Below, in pieces: positions 46,601 through 55,201 of a stretch of 64,000 nt of DNA; positions within the stretch are counted from its first letter, which is position 1, and every line of letters starts with the position of its first letter. The DNA is from a virus (lineage: Duplodnaviria; Caudoviricetes), in the IMG/VR virus record IMGVR_UViG_3300020577_008668, positions 1 to 64,000 of that record; one strand, written 5' to 3'. Made by a program: the position numbers and the translations under genes. The notes beneath the pieces were generated by a model. That model was given only the letters and a program-made list of their open reading frames with translations. It had not been told where the DNA came from and made no database searches.

Positions 46601-49600
46601 AAGGTTTTGGAGTCTCGGGCTGCAGCGGTACAGAGGCAGCTTAAAAACCTAGGAAAGGTTTCTTTAGATACTAAGGATGGGCAGAAGGCCCTTGCTGACC
46701 TAGAGAAAGAAGCTAAGTCTGTTAAAAAGGGACTAGATGAATTTGCTCCTGGAAAAACAGGTGAAGCCCCTCGGAAGGTTATAGCTCAGAGTAGTGCCGA
46801 CGCTTCTATTGCTGAGGTTTTGTACAGAAAGCGTAATCCCCAGCCTGGGTCTCTCTCTGAACATGAAGCAAAAGAACAGAAAGCTAAGAGCAAATCTGAC
46901 TCTAAGGGAGCTAAGAGTGAAAGGGAAGAAAAAGATAGGATCAGTCAGTTCAAGAATCCTTCTGATCTACTCGCCGGGTTACGCAGTCAGATCGCTAAGG
47001 TTAGGGTTGATCCTGATACGTCTCAAGCCAAAGCTAAATTTGAGGCCTTACTTGCCTTACTGAAGGAACTTGATGCTGTAGCTGAGTCTATCAATATCAG
47101 GAATCCTGATGGGAGCTTGAACGCTGATTCGTTCAAGAGGGCAAGTAAGCTACAGGAAGGTGTAGCTAAAGCTAAGGCTGAGATGACGACCTTGGGAGCT
47201 GGGTTGTTCCCTGCGGAGGGGGTTGAGGTCGCTCGTGTAAGACAGCAGAGGTCTAGTACTCGTCGCGCTTGGGATTGGTTATGGGGAAATCAGTCTCCTG
47301 AAGCCGGGGATTCTGGTGGGTCTGGGGGTTCTGGTCCTGGCGGTCCCGGTTCGGGCGGTCCCGGTTCGGGGGGTTCTGGTCTTGGAGGTCCTGAGGGCGG
47401 GGGTTGGTTTAGTAAGCTTCGTCGTAGGCTGTATAAAGATGATGGTATTGGTGGGTTCTTTGGTGGTGGGGCTCTTTCTACGTTGCGTTATGGTATTCCA
47501 TCTATGGTCATGTACGGGGCCATGTCTGGAATTTCTGAAAGTGTCAAAGAGGCTGAAGAGTTCCAGTTTACGATGGAGAAAGTCAAAGCTCAGCTTCAGG
47601 ACACTTTTGGGGATGGGGCTGATCCTATTTTCGAAAGTTTCAAGGGGCACATCCTTGACCTAGCGAAGCAAACAGGTGTTCAAGCAGACGTCTTAGCTGA
47701 CGTTGGCATGCAGTACCAGGGGGCTTTCGGGAAGGCATCTGTTGGAGGCCTTTCAGGGCAAGAACTAGTGAAGTCTCAGTTGATAGCGTCAGCTAAGCTT
47801 TCGCAGGTTACTCACATTCCTGTCCCAGAATTGAATGATGGATTAACTGCTGCGTCGTTTGGATTCAACGCTACTAACGAGGAAATCTCCAATGTAGCTC
47901 TTAGACTAGAGTCCCTTTCTGGGGTTACTGCCAAAGAGACTATTGGCTTTATTGGTGACATCGCTCCTGTAGCTAAGGAAGCAGGGTTTTCTCTTTCAGA
48001 GTTTGCCTCGCTAGCGGCGGTTGCTCAGCAAAAGTCAGGTCGTTCTGGGACGGCGTTAGCTGAATCGTTTGGCAGAATTATTCCTGCTATTTCTCAGAGC
48101 AAGGATCAGCTGCTTCAGCTAGCTGCCGCTGATGATAATTTACGGACTCCTGAATTCATTAAAGCAGTAAGTAGTAATGATATTAAGGGAACGTTCCTTT
48201 CCTTACTTCAAAACTTTCAGTCCCTGAATAAGGAGTCTCAGGACTTCATCGTTAACCTTTTAGGTGGACGACGTGAAGCTCAGGTTCTTCTGGCTGCTAT
48301 AGGTGATAAGGGTCAGCTAGCTGAGTACACTGCGGCAGCTAACGACTCTAAGGGGACACTTGATAGTCGTTTCGAGTCAGCGCAGCAGACCCTGACGAAC
48401 CAGATGGCTCGGTTGCGTCAAGAGTTTAACCTTTTCGCAGCTGCCCTAATTGAATCTGGGCTTGGAGACGCTCTCTCTGGTATGATTGGGACAGTCGGTC
48501 TGTTTGTTAAGGGCCTCGAAGGGATTCTTAAAGTTAGTGGCGCTATCAACAGTTTCTTCGGTGGGCTACCTGGCAAGATCATAGGAGTAACTGCCGCACT
48601 GATTGCTATGAGGGCAGCTGTTAACTTCTTAAGCAATAAGGGTCAGCTTGCTCTTGGTATTGAAGATGGCAGTTCGATTTTAGCTAATCTCGGAGGTAGG
48701 GCTGGTCGTAGGATCGGAGCTATGCGAGCAGCTGCGTCTGTTGGTGCAGCAGGAGCTGCTTCTGAGGGGTTCTTCGATCTAGCTGGGCCGGGTGCTGTGG
48801 CGGGCGGGAGGATAGCTTCTGCCCGTGCAGCGTATGGGGCGGCTTCGGTTGCTGCAGGTGGTGGCGCATCTGGAGCTATGAGCGGAGTGGGTGCAGCGGC
48901 TACAGCCCTTACGGGGGTATCTACCACTATGCTTTTGGCTGGTGGAGCGGCTATTGCTGCCATTGGGGGAACTTACCTTCTTCTGAAACATGGCTTGGAT
49001 GATTACCGCAAAGAGATGGAGAGAAACACCTCTTGGGCACTAGATGCGCATACTTCAGCTAAAGATGTTGAGGATTTAATTAAGTCTTCTGCGTCGGACG
49101 GGGGTCCAGGGAACCTGGCTAGGATAGGGTCTTTCTTTACGGGGGAAAGGCTGCTGGGAGAGAGGGATCAGCTGAAATCTTCTCTTTACACGAAGAACCT
49201 TTCTAAGCAAGATTTAGAGACTTGGGCTGTAATTGATCCTAAAGACGCTACAAGGACTTTCCAGGGAGGCTTCTCTATTAAGGAGGAGGAGATTCCTAAG
49301 GGGATAGATGTACGAGATCGTCGCGGGGCCGAGATTCGGGCCAAGAAGGAAGCTGAAGAGGAAAAGCGTCGACTCTTAAAAGAGGTTCATGATAAAAGGT
49401 GGAGTACGTTAAATAGACCTGATAGTGGAAAGGATCTCGTCAAGTTTAAGGAAATTAGAGATAATTTCAGCAACAAGCTGGGTCTAAAAAAGGGAGAGGA
49501 ACTTACTGATCCCGTTATGCACGCCTTGGCTGGTGGAAACATCATCGGGGACTTGACTGGGATAGTTAAGTCACAAACTGATGAGTACACTGAAGTCGAA

Positions 49601-51865
49601 AAGAAGCAAGCTGCTAAAGCTTTAAATGTTGCTCAGAAAAATTCTAATGCAGCTAGGGTTGTGGGGGATTCAGCTAAGCAAACGCAAACCCTCGACACCA
49701 TTCAGAAGAATTACGAGGCTGGAATTACTAGTTTTTCTGCCTATATTGAGGCAGCTAAACGTAATCTTGAAGGGTACCGTAAGGTCATCAACATGTCTGA
49801 GGGTAACCCCGACGTTATTTTGCGGGATTATGCTCAAAGACTTAAAGCTTTCAATATGGAAGTTTCCCGTAAAACCATGCAGGGAACTGAAATCTTCTTG
49901 TCTGGGTTGGAACTTACGGGAGCCAGTCCTTTAGAAACAGCTAGAGCTAAAGTCGAACAATATACCCGCCTGCTGAATAGCGGGAAGTTGTCTGGGGAGC
50001 ATCGCACTCAGATAGCTCAAGCGATGGTTCAGGCTCAGAAGGATGAGGTGCTCGCAGCGGCATCTGCGGCCGGGACGGCTGGTGAAGCTAGCTCTATCCT
50101 TTCTAAGGGATTCAAGATTTCTCCAGAAACACGGATAAACTCTGTTTTGGGAGCGATAAGTCAAATTGTCCCCAACTGGGACTTGGTCTCAGAGACCATG
50201 AATAAAAATACAGGTGTCCGTGGTGGTAAAGTCATCGGAGACATGGTTCGTGGTCTAAGTTCAGGGGCTTTGTCAGGGGCTAATGTTCAGCAGCAGCTTC
50301 AAGAAAAGGTTGCTGAGTATAAGCATATGGCTGAGGTAGCTGGAAGCGTTGGAGCTTCTGACGCTAACATTAAAGCTCTTCAGGAAGTTTCTGCTGCTTG
50401 GCAACAGGTTTTAGAGGAGTTTAATAATACAGGAAAGCTTCCAGGTGATCTTGACTCAGCTAAGATTGCTGCTAAGGAAGCTTATGACGTGACATCTAGA
50501 AAGAATGACCTTGAGGCTCGGCTGAGGACAGCAAAGGCCGGAGGCAATGTTCTTGTTGGGGCCTATCAGGAGTTGGCTGCTGCCCGCAAGAATTTAGCTG
50601 ATGCTGAAAAGGTCGGTGGAGAAACTGAGACAGAAGCTCAGATTAGAGTCTTTGAGGCTGAAAATGGGTTAAAGAAAGTTTTGGCAGACAGAAAGAAGTC
50701 CTTGTTGGCAGTAGCGAAAGCTAAGGCTAATTTCAATAAGGATTCTGTGGCAGGTGCCCAGGTTGACTTAGCTCAGGCTCAGATTGATTACCAGACGGCG
50801 GTTGAAACTTCAGGGGCTGATTCACCGGAGGCTCGGCAAGCCCAAGCGGGGATCATTGACGCTCAGGCTGCGATCAGAGATACACAGAATGCTAGAGTAA
50901 GATCCTTTGTGAATCTACTGAAAACACAAGGGAACCAAGGTTCTGTTGAACAGGCTCAGGCTGACGTGAACATCTCTAAGATGGATTTGAACACGGCTAT
51001 TGGGGATGAAAGGAATGATGCTTTAGCTAAAGTTATCGAGGCTGAGCGGGCATTGGATAAAGCTATCAAGGCTCGTCGAGATAACCTCATTGACTTGTTC
51101 CAGCTAGCAGGACCGGAAGATCCGGTGTGGCAGTCTCAGGGTGACATAAATCAGTTCACTACACAGATTAATGAAGCTAAGACTTTGGATGAGAAAATCG
51201 ATGCTCAGAAATCTTTGCTTTCAGCGCAGAAGGCCCTTCGGGATGCTATGGCTGAGGTTCGTAATTCTCAATATGATCTGCGTCAAGCAGAGTTGGAAAG
51301 CATTGGCGATGAGGTCGGGGCAGCGAATGTGGCTGCTCAGTTGGCTCGTGCCCAGCTGAACGATGCATTAAAACTTGCCTCTGAAGGTAAGTCTCCTGGT
51401 GATGCTGAGATCAATCGACTGAAAGCTTCAGTTGTTAGGGCTGATAAATCTGCCGCTGATACAGCCTTCAGTGAGAAGAAAGATGACTTAGAGTGGATGT
51501 ACCAGATGGGTACACTCACTAAGCAGGAATATATTGGGTATCTTGAGGGGCTTAAGAGTACCGTCCTTCCTGGAACTAAGCAGTTTAAGGATCTGGAGCT
51601 TCAGATTCGTCAGTTGAAAGATGATGTTGGTTCCGGTTTGCAAATGAACTTACCAACTTCCTTGGCTTTACCTACCCTTTATGAGGTTCGTCGGCTCGAT
51701 CAGAGTGTAAACTCAAATGGTTCCGCCGCAGGTTACGTGGATAACCGTCAGCAGAGTATTACTATCAATTTGAATAATGGGACTACTCAAGCTGACCTGA
51801 TTAATGCTTTAAACGCAGCTTTGGGAACGAATACGACGGCACAGGGTAGTACGAGATTGTACTAA
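43610..51865 (+). CDS. Tape measure protein with a long N-terminal cargo region including an HExxH peptidase-like domain
   Basis: About 2750 aa after the TAC; TMP core from about aa 1290 (SVKEAEEFQFTMEKV...); helical C-terminal half. Confidence 0.9.
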   Translation: MAEDFLIRVGVDYSAAVRDTRRFQKEIEGILARTASSQGRPATAQIAAQSQAAGSNYSRELAGIQRSLETLVTQSARQQDRLFAVLSTSSRNQPVVQVVQSRVQTASIPPRSAPPTPVGGAVSVSAIGAGDRALRRQQSAIERAAVIAETRNVQASAFAAREQKLQNEILRARAIELQGIQQRITENAVSQPVTASIPRVAQVAHSAPVPVIPQAPSAPMVVPRAPVVRALPAAPQSRPILDFSVQLAAIQKQFLANQQQLVQSGSSQVRSRVHQPGFFDAEPELPKRLGDPQFLGYPSVPRGQPLSLQQRLDVQLDRSRIYRSNLPHIEGLLNTPEFRESFTAPMRGLFKGLFNFFPQAVSNVNAITARPSSSSGTYDDVSGVLNVDPRMSVHGSRTTVEESLAGTLRTVQAFATKDIFGTAVHEFGHAVDSLRRSGARSDQSLARLLHLPAFTDSIRGSISGYATTNPGELFAESFASVLRGAGSPMAFRAVQDNLGPQDDRLLARRRQALDDLIHRQRVEISSPPSSPKIFDWAEDVSGLARRQRPIGQGTATGGSSGLPPIPPRTDVGAGSGDDDEIRRQKQQYLSYLRQLTEQTKRALVAGEDTTPHLSKLKRLVDAAEAHAAGNLTGFRQNVMSVIPPGNERAKYMLSKAPFGREGWDQSLVRDIVQQRRALSAAPVPIAIGGPVWSSVERNRRSSRDAVQRLIPPGKIRTKYLLGKDPFKLGSLDNNIEHPKGAANEEARAAIATEQIRRDLQENLVPELPASSPYRGAQYERGVRSREKQAAIADLRRERQEQLRLSQVAEAQAEETDFTWKKIGEGKHGVLYKGEPIPGVRVRRVYDEEGNVSGTALDSPEGTRVFSGRNTVGQAKRVAEQLSSTFDSVGKIQEGLTQKAERVASFKSDTSEVAEAALKRVSGGRFAADIDQHVLGNKTLQGSETVSDADRKIAAEARRRNAEQELINRGRLDLIPKSRRASYGIGEESGNLTSSEQLKVLESRAAAVQRQLKNLGKVSLDTKDGQKALADLEKEAKSVKKGLDEFAPGKTGEAPRKVIAQSSADASIAEVLYRKRNPQPGSLSEHEAKEQKAKSKSDSKGAKSEREEKDRISQFKNPSDLLAGLRSQIAKVRVDPDTSQAKAKFEALLALLKELDAVAESINIRNPDGSLNADSFKRASKLQEGVAKAKAEMTTLGAGLFPAEGVEVARVRQQRSSTRRAWDWLWGNQSPEAGDSGGSGGSGPGGPGSGGPGSGGSGLGGPEGGGWFSKLRRRLYKDDGIGGFFGGGALSTLRYGIPSMVMYGAMSGISESVKEAEEFQFTMEKVKAQLQDTFGDGADPIFESFKGHILDLAKQTGVQADVLADVGMQYQGAFGKASVGGLSGQELVKSQLIASAKLSQVTHIPVPELNDGLTAASFGFNATNEEISNVALRLESLSGVTAKETIGFIGDIAPVAKEAGFSLSEFASLAAVAQQKSGRSGTALAESFGRIIPAISQSKDQLLQLAAADDNLRTPEFIKAVSSNDIKGTFLSLLQNFQSLNKESQDFIVNLLGGRREAQVLLAAIGDKGQLAEYTAAANDSKGTLDSRFESAQQTLTNQMARLRQEFNLFAAALIESGLGDALSGMIGTVGLFVKGLEGILKVSGAINSFFGGLPGKIIGVTAALIAMRAAVNFLSNKGQLALGIEDGSSILANLGGRAGRRIGAMRAAASVGAAGAASEGFFDLAGPGAVAGGRIASARAAYGAASVAAGGGASGAMSGVGAAATALTGVSTTMLLAGGAAIAAIGGTYLLLKHGLDDYRKEMERNTSWALDAHTSAKDVEDLIKSSASDGGPGNLARIGSFFTGERLLGERDQLKSSLYTKNLSKQDLETWAVIDPKDATRTFQGGFSIKEEEIPKGIDVRDRRGAEIRAKKEAEEEKRRLLKEVHDKRWSTLNRPDSGKDLVKFKEIRDNFSNKLGLKKGEELTDPVMHALAGGNIIGDLTGIVKSQTDEYTEVEKKQAAKALNVAQKNSNAARVVGDSAKQTQTLDTIQKNYEAGITSFSAYIEAAKRNLEGYRKVINMSEGNPDVILRDYAQRLKAFNMEVSRKTMQGTEIFLSGLELTGASPLETARAKVEQYTRLLNSGKLSGEHRTQIAQAMVQAQKDEVLAAASAAGTAGEASSILSKGFKISPETRINSVLGAISQIVPNWDLVSETMNKNTGVRGGKVIGDMVRGLSSGALSGANVQQQLQEKVAEYKHMAEVAGSVGASDANIKALQEVSAAWQQVLEEFNNTGKLPGDLDSAKIAAKEAYDVTSRKNDLEARLRTAKAGGNVLVGAYQELAAARKNLADAEKVGGETETEAQIRVFEAENGLKKVLADRKKSLLAVAKAKANFNKDSVAGAQVDLAQAQIDYQTAVETSGADSPEARQAQAGIIDAQAAIRDTQNARVRSFVNLLKTQGNQGSVEQAQADVNISKMDLNTAIGDERNDALAKVIEAERALDKAIKARRDNLIDLFQLAGPEDPVWQSQGDINQFTTQINEAKTLDEKIDAQKSLLSAQKALRDAMAEVRNSQYDLRQAELESIGDEVGAANVAAQLARAQLNDALKLASEGKSPGDAEINRLKASVVRADKSAADTAFSEKKDDLEWMYQMGTLTKQEYIGYLEGLKSTVLPGTKQFKDLELQIRQLKDDVGSGLQMNLPTSLALPTLYEVRRLDQSVNSNGSAAGYVDNRQQSITINLNNGTTQADLINALNAALGTNTTAQGSTRLY

Positions 51866-51874
51866 GGGGTTCGG

Positions 51875-54800
51875 ATGAGAAAGAATAAGAGAGAATTCGA
51901 GGCGGTCTCTTCGGGTCGAATGATCGGAGACAAGAGACCTTCTGTGCGGGTTACTGTTGAGCCAGATTGGAAGTTAGAGACAACCGTTCAAACTTACGCT
52001 AATACTCTTCGTGGGCCATACAGATATTATGTAGACAATGCTGATACTCGTGTAGAGGTTGAGGTTCCTCAAATTAAAAGTGTCCAGATTGACAGGACCC
52101 TATCTCAAGATGTGGCAACGTGTAAGATCACGATGTACAATCAGTCCCACAATGGGAACACTCTGGTCCCAGAGTTGGGCGATCAGTTAGGGAAACCTGG
52201 GTATTTCTGGCCGAAACGAGGGGTCTCGTCTGAGTCTCATCTGCTATGGAATCAGACAGCGGCAACGGGAGCTAAGTACCGGAACGGAACGTGGGACTCT
52301 AATTTTGAGTGGACTAACGTTCTTATTCCGAATGGGTTGATTAGAACTTACGCTGGTCATGCTAAAGGCACTGCTTCCATTGATCAGGATGTCACTGACG
52401 GAAAGATTATGTTGACGGGGGTATGGTTAATTGACCGTATTTCCGGTGGAGCGGATGGAACTCTACTTATTGAATGCAGAGATGTTGGCCGGTTACTTCT
52501 GGAACAGATTATTTACCCTCCTCTTGTTCCCAATGACTTGTATCCGCTAGCGTATTTTCCTCCGGGGAAATCGAAATTCGATTCATCTTTTGATGCCCGT
52601 CCTGTTACGGGTGTTGGTAGGGTGTCTCAGGCTGAGGTGCGATGCGTTGCCTATTCCACTAGTTTCGGAATGGGAGATGTTTCTGGTCACTCAGCGTCTG
52701 AAGCTGCTGATATGAATCGAACAAATTGGTCATGGAGCCCAGCTAGGGCTACTCCTACGTCTGGTAGTTTGTTTGATTGGTGGGAGTTCGTTCCTATTGC
52801 TGGAGGTCAGCAGGTTATTGATGCTGTTGACTTCAGGCCGTGGGCTGGCGGGTACACGGCGTACATCTCTGTGAATAGTGGCGGCGTTTGGCAGGGTTCT
52901 GAAACTATCCCAGATTCTGCAGGTGGGGGTGGGTTGAAATACCTAAAGAAGGTTCAGGTCCCGTATAATATTCCGAACGGTGACGAGGGCGAGATTCACG
53001 TTCAGCTAGATGCTCCTATTAACATGAGTTTTATTAGGATTACATTGGGGCCAACGTATCACTATTCGGGAGTCGCTCAGTCTGGAATGTATTATCGTTC
53101 GGGGTTGAGGACGGTAATGGCTTCTAGGATTGGTGCTGTGGTGCCACCATATGATGCTCCATTCAATCAGTCTTTGTGGGCGTTTGCGATGGCGTCTCAT
53201 CCCGTTCGCGGCTATTGGGTGGCTGATAAGGACGGTTGGGTGTACGGGTTTGGGGATGCCGCCGACTATGATTCTTCCACTTATGGACAGGTTCCCCTAG
53301 CGTATGTTCCTGGAATTAATGGGGAAAATTACACCCAAGTATCAGATATTGCAGCTCATCCTTCGGGGCGTGGATATTGGGTTCTAACTAACGATGGTTA
53401 TGTTAGGGCTTATGGGGCAGCGACGTTTTACGGGGACGGTTACGTGGGTGTAAATACTCACATGGATGGACCTACAGCTATTTCTATTGCTGAAACATTC
53501 ACCGGCAACGGGTACTGGGTTGCTTACAGTAATGGGATAATCAGAGGGTTTGGTGACGCCAGCCCTTCATACGTGACGTTGCCATATACTGCTTTAACTA
53601 ACTACATGATTAACCATGGTCCTTCTTATCAGTATTTGATCCCTGACAGTAATCCTTTGGGGTTACTTGTTCAGACTGCCCCACCTAGTGCGTACGCTCA
53701 TACGTATCGTTGTAGGGGAATTTCTGGACATCCTCGCCAAATGGGATTTGTGGCTACAGATGGTAGTGGTCAAGTTTTTAGTTACAATGGTGGTTGGTTT
53801 GGAGAGCTAACTAATCGTGTTTTTAATCCGGGTGCTGCGAACCAGTTTTTCTTGTGGCCGAAAGAGTACGCTAACTGCATTGAGTACACTCAGTCAGGGA
53901 ACGGTTATTGGATAAATTTCCTATCAGGACACATTGCTGCATTTGGTGATGCAATTAATCAGGGGACCTCGTATGTGTATGAGGGGAATAGTCAGTTAAG
54001 CGCAAGCGGGCTTGCTTCTGATCTTCAGCTGTACAAGATGTTAACTCAGAAAATTGCTAGAGACCCTGATGGGACAGGCTTTTGGGTTCTTGTAGCTGAT
54101 GGTTCTGTACTGCATTATAACGCTGATTGGTGGGGGCAACCTGGGTGGGCTAATAGGCAGGGTTACCGTTGGCATGACGGAAACTGCACAGATTACAGTA
54201 GGGCTGTCCAAGATATGTTAGCTTGGGCTGGGTTTACCTATTATAACTCTAATAGCTGGGATGGGTCAGCCTACGTTACTGGACATGACCGCCCTCCTGT
54301 ATTGGGGAACATTGAGTCTACAGGTATCCCCACTACCACTGTTTTAGACGGGGACAAGTGGGACAAGCGAACTGTTATGGACTGCATCAACGAGTTAAAG
54401 AACGTTACCGGGTACAATTTCTTCATTGATGACGAGGGGTTGCCTCGTTTCGAAAGTCCAAATTTTTGGAGAGCTGGGAACCGGGATAGTTTTGGGCAAA
54501 GAATATTTGCTAAATACGAAACTGACGGCTCTTGGGCTTTCGTTGATGAGTCTATTCCGGGGGCCGAACCTTTTATCCCTGATATCCATGAGGCTGTTGA
54601 TTTGATTAACTACACTGCCTCGTTAGATGGGGAAGCTGTTCGTTCTGAAATTATCATCGGTTCAGATATGCCCGATTTGAACGACCCAACTCGAACACAA
54701 TTTGTTCGGTTCACTCCACCTTCAGCGGTTGAAGAGGTTCGTCCTGGTGTTCCAGCCTTGCGGAACATCAACCGTCCGGCCGCTTGGGTGAACACTAATT

Positions 54801-55201
54801 TTGAAAATCCGTCAGAGAACCTTCTGATGGCTGAGCTGATCGCTTTGAGGATATGGTTTTCTCAGCGAACAAGTTCTGCTACCATCGTGTATAATGCTAA
54901 CTTGTCTATAGGGGATCAGATCCGGTTGATTGAACGGAACACTTCAGAAACGGCGATTCATATTATTAACAGTATTTCCTCTACTATTGACTTGGATGCG
55001 GGTACGGCTATCTCTACGATTAACACAAACTGGCTAGGTGACGCTAACGATTGGGTTATCACGTCAGACAACACGTATAACCCTATTACCCATGTGGGGG
55101 TTTCTGAGAGGGTGGACCGGTGGCAGCTTGCGCTGAACAAAGGTTTAGCGTTCCACGGTGATGGGATGTCTACACCTACTTTGAGTGGGGGGTTTAACTG
55201 A
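51875..55201 (+). CDS. Tail hub/tip protein with inserted GYW...DG...FGDA repeats
   Basis: Follows the TMP; six repeats at about 53190-54130. Confidence 0.75.
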   Translation: MRKNKREFEAVSSGRMIGDKRPSVRVTVEPDWKLETTVQTYANTLRGPYRYYVDNADTRVEVEVPQIKSVQIDRTLSQDVATCKITMYNQSHNGNTLVPELGDQLGKPGYFWPKRGVSSESHLLWNQTAATGAKYRNGTWDSNFEWTNVLIPNGLIRTYAGHAKGTASIDQDVTDGKIMLTGVWLIDRISGGADGTLLIECRDVGRLLLEQIIYPPLVPNDLYPLAYFPPGKSKFDSSFDARPVTGVGRVSQAEVRCVAYSTSFGMGDVSGHSASEAADMNRTNWSWSPARATPTSGSLFDWWEFVPIAGGQQVIDAVDFRPWAGGYTAYISVNSGGVWQGSETIPDSAGGGGLKYLKKVQVPYNIPNGDEGEIHVQLDAPINMSFIRITLGPTYHYSGVAQSGMYYRSGLRTVMASRIGAVVPPYDAPFNQSLWAFAMASHPVRGYWVADKDGWVYGFGDAADYDSSTYGQVPLAYVPGINGENYTQVSDIAAHPSGRGYWVLTNDGYVRAYGAATFYGDGYVGVNTHMDGPTAISIAETFTGNGYWVAYSNGIIRGFGDASPSYVTLPYTALTNYMINHGPSYQYLIPDSNPLGLLVQTAPPSAYAHTYRCRGISGHPRQMGFVATDGSGQVFSYNGGWFGELTNRVFNPGAANQFFLWPKEYANCIEYTQSGNGYWINFLSGHIAAFGDAINQGTSYVYEGNSQLSASGLASDLQLYKMLTQKIARDPDGTGFWVLVADGSVLHYNADWWGQPGWANRQGYRWHDGNCTDYSRAVQDMLAWAGFTYYNSNSWDGSAYVTGHDRPPVLGNIESTGIPTTTVLDGDKWDKRTVMDCINELKNVTGYNFFIDDEGLPRFESPNFWRAGNRDSFGQRIFAKYETDGSWAFVDESIPGAEPFIPDIHEAVDLINYTASLDGEAVRSEIIIGSDMPDLNDPTRTQFVRFTPPSAVEEVRPGVPALRNINRPAAWVNTNFENPSENLLMAELIALRIWFSQRTSSATIVYNANLSIGDQIRLIERNTSETAIHIINSISSTIDLDAGTAISTINTNWLGDANDWVITSDNTYNPITHVGVSERVDRWQLALNKGLAFHGDGMSTPTLSGGFN

